NCBI RefSeq assembly: GCF_964194025.1
Contig: NC_134469.1
Location: 17,670,001-17,734,000 of the forward strand
DNA from: Convolutriloba macropyga
Taxonomy: Eukaryota
Direction: 5' to 3'
DNA length: 64,000 nucleotides
Below the pieces are notes generated by a model that saw only the letters and a program-made list of their open reading frames with translations, ran no database searches and was not told the DNA's origin. The translations under genes were made by a program, and so were the position numbers. Shown here in pieces: positions 12,557 to 25,229 of the stretch (the stretch's first letter is position 1; each line of letters opens with the position of its first letter).

Positions 12557-15500
12557 ACATTAAGAGAGAACAACAGCAGGAATTTCAGCTAACTGATGTA
12601 AGCTTAGCAGTATCAAACAAAGAAAATAAAGTTTTAAAGGTCACACAACCAAGGAAATCGATAATACCATTAGTTGTCTTTGAAAAACTAATAGCTATTA
12701 AATTTCTATAACTAGTTAGATTTCCTAAATATGACAAACTAACAGCTGAGTCGTTTTGACATCAGATAATGTGCGTTTTATTAACGAACAGTCTAGTTCC
12801 TAATAATTGGCAATTTATCCCGTCATCAAAATCTTAAAGTAGGAGCCCATGGTTTTTCAATCTCAGTGCACGACTGGAAGAAAAACAGATGTCCACTGTC
12901 GCAAAAAAAAAATGAAAACGTTCTATATCAATAATTACTATCACCCAGTGTATCACACTGTTAAAGGTCCAAACTCAAAACTTAGGCGAAGGAACTTTAT
13001 GCTAGCTGGAAAAATTTCTTTTCTATATAATGTGGCCAATTGAGAAGCAGAATTGATATCATAGAAATGCAGAAAAACAACTCAGAAAAGTGAAGAATTA
13101 TATTTATAAGTAAGATTATTTATAAGAACATTGTTTTTAGCTATGTTACAAAATAGTATTAAATACTTTTGCACAACACAATCTTTGAACATAATTCATT
13201 CCTTCAGCATAGTATTCGACTTTCTTTCATCTGGTTTTCTCGAAAATTTCGTCCTGATTTCTCGATACATAACCGACTACCGTCAGGCGAAATGCTCTCA
13301 AACGACTGGCGAGCGAGCTGTAGGCTTCGTCAGTAGCTAGCTGTGTCTGAGAAACTAGCTTAAGCTCAAATGATGATTGAGGAAATAGGGTTTAATAAGT
13401 GGGGTCGTAATTAAGGGGGTTGAGCGGAGTGAAGGCGGCAGAGCGTGCGAAGTTAGGGTTAGCATGCATGAGATGAGAAATGTGAGGGAAGGAGGGGGTA
13501 AGCGGAAGGACAGGACTGAGGGAGGTCTAAACCTTAAAATCACCTGCCCTTCACGTGATACTGTTATTTTTTGACAGTATCTTTGGTGGCTTGCGCTCTC
13601 AAATACGAAAATTAAATTGCCAGAAAAAAGTGTTTCAAACATTATCAGAAGAAAAATGGGTAGAGCGAAAAGTCACGTGAAAAGCCAACAGGACTAAAAT
13701 AATTGCTACAAATTTTAATATCAGCTACTAAGTGTTTTGGCTCTCTGCGTCCATGCAAGTTGTCGATTGGAAAGCAAACCTTTTTATCGGTGTTGTTTGT
13801 ACGGCACAATTTTTGCTAACGCTTCGATATTATCCACGCCCTAATTTAATAATTTAATTAAGAGGATCCCGATTGGTGAATGTATATTAACCAGCTGTAT
13901 TTTCCCCTTCTTGTAAGGAACACAACGTTTTCCCGGTTTTATATTTTTGAGGTCAAATTAGTTCTATCGTTAACTTTTGCCTAGAAAGTTTAAACTAGCA
14001 TCAATGAAAAACGATCGACTTTTGTTGAAACATTTTTTAACGGTTCTCCTACGCTTTTTCTACGCTTCAGATGAATTACGATTTTTTAAAAAAAAAATGT
14101 CAAAATCACAAAATCTCGCACAGTTCAGATTTATTTGATATTATTCCTTTAAGAATTTATTTAGTTGAATCATTGAATATGAAATCAACAAGGACAGATT
14201 ACGGGTTTAACAAACGCTGATTCAAGCTGTCCAAAGAAGGTGACATACAGCTAGTATCAATATAACAAAAAAGTTAGGCCCTTTGGAGTTATACCTTAAG
14301 ATTGAAAATTCAGTTCGTTCAACTCATGGTTATGTACTAGATATGGTTGGATTTTATGACCGAAACTTAAAATTTCAATTTTTGTAGGTAGACTCAAATT
14401 TGCAGGAATAATTCCAATAGACCTTAATTTATTAAACAGGAGAGCACCTCTCGTTCTTATTGAATATCTCTCGCGTTTTTTTCTGCACACTGGTTCTTTT
14501 AAAAAGAACCATTTTTCTAGTTCTAGTTCCCGCCGAACTATTGAGACTGAATAAACTACTATGGAACAACAGAGTGATAACTTTTGATTGTTCAAAAATC
14601 TTGGACTAAAAAAAGTAACATATTTAACTGCAATTAAGTCGGTTAGCACATTTTTACTGTCACTCGCTTCATATTATTGGCCTACATTTTCTAGATCAAG
14701 GAAGCCCAGAGCAAAATTTATTTTGCAGGAGCAAATTTAGATTAAAGCCATCTTTCTGTTTAGGATATAAATTCAACTTTTTCTCAATTGAGCATAAGCA
14801 GTGCAAAAAACGTTAAAAATAAAATTGTTTGGCTGACAATTTGTTGCTTTCTCCACGACATTAATTACACTTTCATTATGAAACGGTGCGTAACAAACTA
14901 TGAGAGCAAACAAGCATTATTGCACTTGCTGCCAGTACAAATTTTTCGAAAAAGTTTGGAAAAAGCATTAGGGATTTCAAACAATTATTCACACTATACA
15001 GAGTATTAAAAATTATAAGCAATAAGTTCGTGCTGACTGTTACATTGTTCAAACTGTTGTTCAATAACAGCTTTCATTTATTAACCTGAGGTGGAACAAA
15101 TTGAAAGTCATCTGCCGGCAATTGTTCCTGTCTGAGAACCAGTCAAGTGACTACAACTCTAATGACAAAAAGTAGAGTTATAGAATCAAAATAATAAAAC
15201 AGCGTCGTTTTGGGAATTAGAAATTTTGTTTAAAAATTAACCAATAGTTTTTAAAAATTTAACAGGTTTGAGTTAACAGTTTTATGCTAAAAACACCCAA
15301 TTTTTAGCGAGTAGTCTAAAATTGTATGCTCCAGCATTCTATTATCTTTAAAAGAAATATTTACTTATTTGTAGTACTTACAGTTATTCTAAAAGAAAAC
15401 AAGACTACAAGGCACAGTAACTGTTCCGACGTAGCCATTTTCTATACAAAAAGTTATTCCCCCGACCCAAAAAAAGGGGCCTGTCCCTCTCGAACACACA

Positions 15501-17735
15501 TTTGCACGAAGCAAGCACTGAGATGCTTACACATGTATTCTCAACACATACACACGCATACAAACACACCCACGTTAACACGCCCAGCCACTCAAACACA
15601 TCCACACGTTTCTCCACAAGCGCATCAGAGAACACACGCGAAGAGTACGTCACAAATATAAATTAATATTTATATCAAGTTTAATCTGTTAAACATTCAA
15701 AATCCAAATCAATTCAGCCCTCTCCTGCTTCCAAATCGAGCAAATAATATAAAATTTGATTGCATAGATAAATTCAGTGTCGAAACCTTTGCAAGTTTTT
15801 TTATTTGATTTCTCTACACAAAACATCGATTGACCACTCAAGTCTTAACAAACAAATTCCCCACAAAAAGCTCCATCCCTAAAATTGAGGTTGGAACAAT
15901 AAAAAAATATGTGACACACGCTTGCAGAGGTAATTGATATTTTATTAAGAGCACGGTACAAGCACAACGTACACTATCCTACAATCCTGCATGTCTCCCT
16001 TCGAAACAAAAGTTCTCAAAACATTCTACACAATTTTGGACTTTTTGAAGGTCAATTAAGCACATACTTGACTAGACAAAGTTCTGACTTCAATCTTATT
16101 AGTAATTACGCTTTGTAGCATTAAACTCTAGGTTTTAGCTCACAAAAGAATTTGCGCCATTTTGTCACTCACATTGAACATCTTTGAAAGTATTTCATCT
16201 CCAATATTGGATCATAGGAAATTTCTATATAATTCTATTGTCAAAAAATCTTGACACAAAAAGACGAGAAGCAACAAATCAATTCTACAAACAAAATCTT
16301 TTCACACTGGATCAATGCATAAATAACCATTTTCAAATTGCAAGTAAAATTCACAATAAATAATTTATATGAACAAACAACGATTATGATTCGTTATTAA
16401 CTAAATGCCGACAATACTGAATACAACAAAAACAATACAAGATTTATCAGTTTTACGAGTTTCAGCAAGATTTTCCACCCTCTCTAGAAAGTTTTCCATT
16501 GGAATTTTTATTTAAAGTTAATATTCTTGCTTCATGACAATTCAATTCGCGCAATAAATAATGTGTATAAGGTGGTAGTAACATCCGTTCAATATAGGCC
16601 ATTTCAAGCCCATTAGATGCGTGGAGGATAAAAATTACCCAATCGGTTCTGTCAAAGTAACGCAACAATCGAAAAGGGCTAAAAGTTTTTCCTTAAGAAT
16701 CAATTTAAGCAATCGGACTTCTCTGCGAGTTTCGTGAACTGTAGCAGTGTTGATATTCGCTCACCCAATTTTCTTCGTCATTGTGTCTCGAAAACTGTGC
16801 CAAATTCAACTGACGCGGCGACATTTTCTCCGTTCTTGATGGGGAGGTTTTTGGTCTGACTTTGGCAGCTTCGCGACTGAGTTTTGCTCTGCGTGCCGAG
16901 TCGTACACCTGAAAATCTTAAAAGATTCAAAAACTGAAAAAATACATCCCTTTCTTTTAAGGGTCAATATTTTAAGGGATCTTACTTTACGTAGAGATGT
17001 AGAGATGTACAATCTCAAATTTACGTTCGTATCAAATTACAAGGAAATTTGAAAAATATAAGCGAGGATAAAGCATTGATGATTCCAATTCGAATCAAGC
17101 CTTAATCAAGAATATCTCATAATCCTAAACTGTAGACAAACAAATTCAACCATAAAACCAGGCTAATGAATTTAATAGTTAGAGAATTAAAAACGGAAGA
17201 GGTTAACTTGTTCCGGTTGCGCATTGAAAAAGAAATATCCCCTCTATCTCATTTACAATCGTGCAAAACTACCGATCAGTATGATGTCCTCCAAAAGCCG
17301 GAAGAAATGTCTAATTTCGTTCTCATTTTAATTTCCCGGCACAAATTGTAATCTTCAAAATTTTTCAGAGGCAGTCCAAAAACTTAACTTACCTCATTCA
17401 AAAATAACAATTTGCAAACCTCGCACGTTTTCAAATAGAGACGTCACTGGAGTTCAGGTAAATTTTTTAAATAGCAGCGAAAAAATATGAGCTTCAATAA
17501 AAAAAACGCGTACCTTCAAAATTCAGGGGAAAACAGTTATTTAGCAACTGAAAAGACAATGAACAAAGTGCAGGAAGCTAGACGCCATTGTCCGCTTGTC
17601 AAAACAACTTCACAGTCTTTTCTTCTTAGCGTCAAAAAGGCCATTGAGCTCAATACCAATAATGAGCATTGGTATTGAGTTCGCTCTAACGAACGTTGAT
17701 AAACTAATGCACTATGACGTAATGACTGCGCTATC

Positions 17736-20312
17736 TGTAGTAGTCCTTAATTTTTGTAAAACGACATGGGAGAGGGAGAGTAAGATATATAATTTAGGTC
17801 AAATTAGACAAGTTAATTGGGTGTCTGAAGTAAGCGTTCTTTCATAAAGGGTTATTGTTTTGAAGGCGCCAGAGAGGTGATTTGAGTGATATATCTTAAA
17901 CAAACAAATTAATGAACAAAAGCATATTGAGCTGTCGAAATAATTTGATTAATTAGCAAAGTTGTATTTGTGCATCAGGCTAAAGTCGAAGTGAGTGATT
18001 TAAGTCAACTAGAGAGCGAAGATTTGAAGTGAACTAGATTCTTTGAACAGAATTGGAAACTCAATTTGAAGTAACCAAATGTGCTATTTTGAAGTGACAA
18101 AGATAAGGGGGTAGCAGAACTTGGTGCCCTGCAAATGTGGGAGTTATATTAAGCGGACGCTTATGAAATTTTAATGTCAGGTACACCCAATGATCCTCTC
18201 AAGCTGATACACCTTGTGGCCAACCCGACTTCCCAAACCCGAGTTATTAGCACCGGAAGTGGCGTGATTTGAAGGTTTTCGATATTTTGAATGAAAAAAT
18301 GACTGTTTGAGTATGATATAAAGCTAGTTAAGGGTTGCAACGGGTATCAAGTCCAGAGTACTGTACGAGATGATCATGGAAAAGGAGTAAGGATCACTTT
18401 TGGGTATTCTGCGGTGAATAAGCAGTTTTAGCGGAAAAATAATTAACATTTAAATTGAAATAGCAATTTCTCTAAAAGTTGAAGTCAGATTGACCTGAAA
18501 ATTGGGGGATAGACTAATTTGGGTACGAGGAATCCGATTTTGAACTCGGATTTGACCCCAGACCAACCCGCACGGAACTACCGCATGCAGGTGCTGCGGG
18601 ACGTAAAATTTGAATTGCTCGTGGAGTACTGGTAGTAGCATTATGATTTTTGGAGGGTTAGTGTAACTTTTCAAGGGCTGTCTAATGGTGCTATTTTTAA
18701 CTTCCGGGTGCGACCGGAAGTCCGTCACTCGGGTTGACCCGAGTGCCAAAAACCGGAAATTGGCATTTTTGACTGGCCGAATCATTTTGAAATGGTAATA
18801 AAATGATAACCTGAGACAATTAGTGACAAAAATACCCACCCCAGTCAATTTTGACGAACTCGGATTTTTCGGGTTTCGGCACCCACGACTCGTTAAAAAA
18901 TTTCAAATTGCAAACGACTCGCAACGGCTAATCGGTAGGTCACGAAACTTGGCAGGCATGTTAGTGGCACCCTATATTTACTAGAAAATTTTACCCGAAG
19001 ACGTTTTGACCACCACTTCCCGAGATATTGAGTTCTGAAATTTTGGGGTGATCAGTGAGGTTGATGAAAAGTGTGCGCGGTCATTGCTCGTGTTCTATTA
19101 AGATTTAGGTCATAAAAATTGGTGGGTATTTGTAACTATGGTAGGACTTTCCGCGCCAATAATTATTTTTACCAAATTGACCCTTCATCTTTCGCTCTTG
19201 ACCCCTAAGTGACCTCTAGAGGTCACACTTTTGGGCTTTTAGGAATATTAGACTTTTCGGCGTTTTTTTAACCGGGGAATTGCATGAAATAGTTTTAAAA
19301 TTGGAAAATACAATTGGTCTTTGGTTTAGGGTTGAGTTTAGTTATTTATTCAACGCATGATTTTTGACAGGGACTGATTGCAGCTAGTTAATTTGATAGC
19401 GGAAATAAAGGAACAAGAACTTTTCAGAGCAACGTCCGATGTTTACTATACAAACACTGATTGACATGTGAAGTGCAAACATGAGATAAAGTGTAGTGGA
19501 TTTGTTTACATAAGAGTCCAAAGGTCGTTTGTTTAAGATAAGGAGAAAGTTGAACAATGGTTGGTAGCAGTTGGATGACAGACCATAATTCGATATTGTT
19601 TGTTTGCGTAGCAAACAAAGCCCTCCTACAGAATGTGAGAGATTTCAAGTGTAAGTTACAATGTTTACTTAAGAGATTAAGGTTTGTTTGCTTAAGATAA
19701 GAGCGTATTCGTTGAGTATAAATTGNNNNNNNNNNNNNNNNNNNNNNNNNNNNNNNNNNNNNNNNNNNNNNNNNNNNNNNNNNNNNNNNNNNNNNNNNNN
19801 NNNNNNNNNNNNNNNNNNNNNNNNNNNNNNNNNNNNNNNNNNNNNNNNNNNNNNNNNNNNNNNNNNNNNNNNNNNTGGAGATTTTGGGAGAACTTCAGAA
19901 GTTTGATTTCGAACAAGCGAGAGAAAGTAGTTGGTTTAGTGGGACTAAACTTTAAAAGAATTGTAATTGCAAGACCAGTTGGGATACTGAGAGCGTTTTT
20001 GGGTTATTCATTTTGGGAAAGTGAACCACGGTTGTTGGTAATATTATTTTAATTGCTATTATAAATTGTCTTGAATTTGTCTTTTCCATTGATGTGCAAG
20101 TAATTTTCTTATGTGAATTAGTTATGTGAATTAACTTATTTCAAGGCAATCTAACTTACAACAGCATACAAGAGTGGAAGAGGGGAATTAGCAGAGTAAC
20201 GAAGTAACGCTTGCTTCACCAATTCAAAACCTTTGGTTCATATTATTTGATCGATCCTCTGGGCGACAGATTCCCCTCACTGTTGGCCTAGTCAGAAATT
20301 CAGAAGACGACA
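17736..20312 (+). repeat. 5' LTR (~2.6 kb, contains an N gap)
   Basis: Starts TGTAGTAGTCC, ends GACGACA; near-identical to 22579-25229. Confidence 0.93.
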
Positions 20313-20313
20313 T

Positions 20314-20332
20314 TGGCGCTCCTGGGTGGGCT
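20314..20332 (+). promoter_or_regulatory. Primer-binding site complementary to a tRNA-Asn-type 3' end
   Basis: TGGCGCTCCTGGGTGGGCT; reverse complement AGCCCACCCAGGAGCG-CCA resembles the eukaryotic tRNA-Asn 3' end (GAGCCCACCCAGGGACG-CCA). Confidence 0.75.
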
Positions 20333-20463
20333 TCATTTCTTTGTTACTTTTTGCTATAGATTATTTTCTGATAATTTGGAGAGCGTGCGATATTTTCCGT
20401 CGGCGAAACTGCTGAGAGCACACCGAAAATTGATTTACATTTGCGGTTTGGGTTACCAATAGT

Positions 20464-20877
20464 TTGATTATGTTTGATTATCAATTGGTGAAGCGTTTTC
20501 CTTCACCAGGCTACGATGTTTGGGAAGTTTGGCGTGAACATTATTTGAGCACTGGCATGAAGCTGGGATGGACGGATGAAGAGTTGATGAAGTGGTTGAC
20601 TACAAAATTGTGTGGGTGGGCTTTGAATGCAGTAAGTGATTTACCAAGAGGTTATTGGCGGTCGACTCCAGAGAAGCAAGCATGGACACTGACCGAGACG
20701 CTGTATCAGTTTGACATACGATTGTCTGACAATCCACTTTCTTATGAGCGAAGCTACAATTTGTTTATTAGAGGGAAAGCGGGAAATAGGACGGAATTCG
20801 GTGAAACCAGTGATACTGCAGATCAGAGAACACGACAGCAGTGTTCTCAAAGGCAGGTGATTGATACAAAAAAGTAG
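20464..20877 (+). CDS. Gag-like (capsid N-terminal) ORF of the LTR element, truncated
   Basis: WEVWREHY...LGWTDEELMKWLTTKLCGWALNAVSDLP fits the W..W...F......GW.D......L...L.G.A......LP pattern of Ty3/Gypsy gag; located right after the PBS. Confidence 0.6.
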   Translation: MIMFDYQLVKRFPSPGYDVWEVWREHYLSTGMKLGWTDEELMKWLTTKLCGWALNAVSDLPRGYWRSTPEKQAWTLTETLYQFDIRLSDNPLSYERSYNLFIRGKAGNRTEFGETSDTADQRTRQQCSQRQVIDTKK

Positions 20878-20955
20878 CGCTGGCGTTTCTTGAATTGATT
20901 AATTTCGGCAACCTGGCAAAGTTCTGAAGGGTTTGGTATTGGGTCCAGCTGTGGT

Positions 20956-22080
20956 TTGTCAAGAAAAGGAGCTTTCGGTAAGGATCTCTTTGGAGAAGTG
21001 GAAGATACGAGAGTTGCTGGGAGTTGTAGTAGAAGAAGAATTCCAGGTTACGGCGAAGCAGTGGAAACTGGAACTGAGGTAGAGTTTATGGAAGAAGTTT
21101 GTAGTCAAATGAATCAGGAAATTTATAGAGTAGCACTAAGCGAACATAAAAACAGTGGCTTGAAGGAAATTCTGAAATATGCTGTGGAAAAGGATTATGT
21201 ACAGTCGCCAGAGTCTGATGAGATAAGCGATGAACAGTCGGAGGATGACAATTTGTTTGAAGATATTTCGGATACAGATTTTTTGGATGTAGAGGAATTT
21301 GATGTCAACGATGCGAGAAGCGGGACAAATTTTGCCGCGAGTTTGAACTCAGTAGCATGCGACAACGTAACTGCAATAGCGAGCGATTTTGGTGGTGGTG
21401 TCAAAGCTAGCAGAGACGATATGTTGGGAGCCTGGGCCTTGATGGAGTTAAAGACAGGTGTGGTCCAGAATTTCTGCAATGCAACACACGTGGCTGATGA
21501 GACACAAATAAGTACAACTGAGTGCACTGTGGACACTTTGGAGAATTGGACAAGTTCAGGAGGAGTTGATCGGCAGTTTGTATCTGAAACACAGAACGGC
21601 CAAAACGATAAGGCAGTAGTTGACCGGAGTAATTTTGCACAGTTGGGAAAGGAGTTGGAGAAATGGGTGCAATCGCAATTGAGTGCAAGTCAGCTATGTG
21701 ATAGTGTTTTGGTCGAACCAACGGATGAGCATCAAGTGAAAAGTGCTGGAGTTGACAGAACAGGGAAATCTGATCACAATTCAATGACTACAGTGTTGCA
21801 CAGTTGGGTTCATGATAATCAACAGCCTAGGAGGGAGGACTCCAGCGGGTTTTTGGTGGAAGTTGAGCAGAATGTGGAGAGAAGGATTGCATCACGATTT
21901 CCAGAGATTGCAAAGCTGTTGCTGAAGAACCGATCGTTGAGCCAGAAGGAGAGGTGGAGCCGTTTGGAAGCATCAAGACAGCAGTCATGGCAGGATTACA
22001 CGAGAAATGGTAGCTACAGTGGAAGAAGAGGTGGACATCCATTCAAACATCTAAGGAAGAAGGTTTTCATGTACAGGTGA
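20956..22080 (+). CDS. Acidic 374-aa ORF of unknown function inside the LTR element
   Basis: Long open frame; no protease, RT, RNase H or integrase motif recognised. Confidence 0.55.
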   Translation: MSRKGAFGKDLFGEVEDTRVAGSCSRRRIPGYGEAVETGTEVEFMEEVCSQMNQEIYRVALSEHKNSGLKEILKYAVEKDYVQSPESDEISDEQSEDDNLFEDISDTDFLDVEEFDVNDARSGTNFAASLNSVACDNVTAIASDFGGGVKASRDDMLGAWALMELKTGVVQNFCNATHVADETQISTTECTVDTLENWTSSGGVDRQFVSETQNGQNDKAVVDRSNFAQLGKELEKWVQSQLSASQLCDSVLVEPTDEHQVKSAGVDRTGKSDHNSMTTVLHSWVHDNQQPRREDSSGFLVEVEQNVERRIASRFPEIAKLLLKNRSLSQKERWSRLEASRQQSWQDYTRNGSYSGRRGGHPFKHLRKKVFMYR

Positions 22081-22566
22081 AAGAGTGTATGATGAGAGGG
22101 ACGTTGACAGCTAAGTTATCCAAGCCTTTTTACCCAATTTTTGTCTACATTGTATTAATCTATTTTAACAAGACAAGTTGATCAAGCACTATAGCCGTAG
22201 AAAAAATTTTTCAAAAAATAAGATGATTTGGGGAAATGTGTAGTTCTGGTAGATCTATATATAGATTTTTTTACTTTAGTGATTTTAGCGTTCCCTGGGG
22301 AGGATGTATGTCAGAGGCAATAGAATTTGGTCAAAAATCAATGTTGATGAATTAGGTAGAATATGTTAAAATGTGGAAATGCCAAAATGTTTTCAAATCT
22401 GATTTAATCAACCGCTATTGATATTTTTATTGCAGTTAGTTTATTTTAAAGCGGAGCTAAAGCTAAGTGATTCACTTCAATAGGTCGACTATTATTAAAG
22501 TAGGTAGGAGTAAGTTAATCGGGTCGCAGCATAAAGCCTTGCAATTATTCGGGAGAATAATAATCT

Positions 22567-22578
22567 AGGTGGGAGGAG
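22567..22578 (+). promoter_or_regulatory. Polypurine tract
   Basis: AGGTGGGAGGAG directly abuts the 3' LTR. Confidence 0.8.
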
Positions 22579-25229
22579 TGTGGTAGTCCTTTATTTTTGT
22601 AAAACGACATGGGAGAGGGAGAGTAAGATATATAATTTAGGTCAAATTAGACAAGTTAATTGGGTGTCTGATGTAAGCGTTCTTTCGTAAAGGGTTATTG
22701 TTTTGAAGGCGCCAGAGTGGTGATTTGAGTGATATATCTTAAACAAACAAATTAACTAAAAAAAGCATATTGAGCTGTCGAAATAACTTGATTAATTAGC
22801 AAAGTTGTATTTGTGCATCAGGCCAAAGTCGAAGTGAGTGATTTAAGTCAACTAGAGAGCGAAGATTTGAAGTGAACTAGATTCTTTGAACAGAATTGGA
22901 AACTCAATTTGAAGTAACCAAATGTGCTATTTTGAAGTGACAAAGATAAGGGGGTAGCAGAACTTGGTGCCCTGCAAATGTGGGAGTTATATTAAGCGGA
23001 CGCTTATGAAATTTTAATGTCAGGTACACCCAATGATCCTCTCAAGCTGATATACCTTGTGGCCAATCCGACTTCCCAAACCCGAGTTATTAGCACCGGA
23101 AGTGGCGTGATTTGAAGGTTTTCGATATTTTGAATGAAAAAATGACTGTTTGAGTACGATATAAAGCTAGTTAAGGGTTGCAACGGGTATCAAGTCCAGA
23201 GTACTGTACGAGATGATCATGGAAAAGGAGTAAGGATCACTTTTGGGTATTCTGCGGTGAATATGCAGTTTTAGCGGAAAAGTAATTAACGTTTAAATTG
23301 AAATAGCAATTTCTCTAAAAGTTGAAGTCAGATTGACCTGAAAATTGGGGGATAGACTAATTTGGGTACGAGGAATCCGATTTTGAAGTCGGATTTGACC
23401 CCAGACCAACCCGCACGGAACTAGCGCATGCAGGTGCTGCGGGACGTAAAATTTGAATTGCTCGTGGAGTACTGGTAGTAGCCTTATGATTTTTGGAGGG
23501 TTAGAGTAACTTTTCAAGGGCTGTCTAATGGTGCTATTTTTAACTTCCGGGTGCGACCGGAAGTCGGTCACTCGGGTTGACCCGAGTGCCGAAAACCGGA
23601 AATTGGCATTTTTGACTGGCCGAATCATTTTGAAATGGTAATAATATGATAACCTGAGACAATTAGTGACAAAAATACCCACCCCAGTCAATTTTGACGA
23701 ATTCGCGATTTTTCGGGTTTCGGCACCCACGACTCGTTAAAAAATTTCAAATTGCAAACGACTCGCAACGGCTAATCGGTAGGTCACGAAACTTGGCAGG
23801 CATGTTAGTGGCACCCTATATTTACTAGAAAATTTTACCCGAAGACGTTTTGACCACCACTTCCCGAGATATTGAGTTCTGAAATTTTGGGGTGATCGGT
23901 GAGGTTGATGAAAAGTGTGCGCGGTCATTGCTCGTGTTCTATTAAGATTTAGGTCATAAAAATTGGTGGGTATTTGTAACTATGGTAGGACTTTCCGCGC
24001 CAATAATTATTTTTACCAAATTGACCCTTCATCTTTCGCTCTTGACCCCTAAGTGACCTCTAGAGGTCGCACTTTTGGGCTTTTAGGAATATTAGACTTT
24101 TCGGCGTTTTTTTAACCGGGGAATTGCATGAAATAGTTTTAAAATTGGAAAATACAATTGGTCTTTGGTTTAGGGTTGAGTTTAGTTATTTATTCAACGC
24201 ATGATTTTTGACAGGGACTGATTGCAGCTAGTTAATTTGATAGCGGAAATAAAGGAATAAGAACTTTTCAGAGCAACGTTCGATGTTTACTATGCAAACA
24301 CTGATTGACATGTCAAGTGCAAATATGAGATAAAGTGGAGTGGATTTGTTTACATAAGAGTCCAAAGGTCGTTTACTTAAGATAAGGAGAAAGCTGAATA
24401 ATGGTTGGTAGCAGTTGAATGACAGACCATAATTCGATATTGGTTGTTTGCATAGCAAACAAAGCCCTCCTACAGAATGTGAGAGATTTCAAGTGTAAGT
24501 TGCAATGTTTACTTAAGAGATTAAGGTTTGTTTGCTTAAGATAAGAGCGTATTCGTTGAGTATAAATNNNNNNNNNNNNNNNNNNNNNNNNNNNNNNNNN
24601 NNNNNNNNNNNNNNNNNNNNNNNNNNNNNNNNNNNNNNNNNNNNNNNNNNNNNNNNNNNNNNNNNNNNNNNNNNNNNNNNNNNNNNNNNNNNNNNNNNNN
24701 NNNNNNNNNNNNNNNNNNNNNNNNNNNNNNNNNNNNNNNNNNNNNNNNNNNNNNNNNNNNNNNNAGATTTTGGGAGAAGTTCAGAAGTTTGGTTTCGAAC
24801 AAGCGAGAGAGGGTAGTTGATTTAGTGGGACTAAACTTTAAAAGAATTGTAATTGCAAGACCAGTTGGGATACTGTAAGGGTTTTTGGGTTAGTTCATTT
24901 TGGGAAAGTGAACCACGGATGTTGGTAATATTATTTTATTTACTATTATAAATTGTCTTGAATTTTTCTTCTCCATTGATGTGCAAGTAATTTTCTGACA
25001 TTTGTTATCCATACAACTAGAATTGATATTACGAGCTCAATTGTGAATTAACTTATTTCAAGGCAATCTAACTTAAAACAGCATACAAGAGTGGAAGTGG
25101 GGAATTAGCAGAGTAACGAAGTAACGCTTGCTTCACCAATTCAAAAACTTTGGTTCATATTATTTGATCGATCTTCTGGGCGACAGATTCTCCTCACTGT
25201 TGGCCTAGTCAGAAATTCAGAAGAAGACA
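22579..25229 (+). repeat. 3' LTR (~2.65 kb, contains an N gap)
   Basis: Starts TGTGGTAGTCC, ends GAAGACA, followed by TSD CTATC. Confidence 0.93.

Larger units (their letters stand above)
17736..25229 (+). mobile_element. Full-length non-autonomous LTR retrotransposon (LARD-like, Gypsy-type gag remnant)
   Basis: TG...CA LTRs at 17736-20312 and 22579-25229; 5-bp TSD CTATC at 17731-17735 and 25230-25234; PBS at 20314; PPT at 22567-22578; no RT or integrase in the 2.27-kb interior. Confidence 0.93.

Noticed and set aside
15326-15661. 111-aa His/Thr-rich ORF
   Set aside because: Derived from degenerate CA-rich simple sequence.
18450-18848. 132/145-aa - strand ORFs in the LTRs
   Set aside because: Repeated only because the LTRs are duplicates; no recognisable domain.
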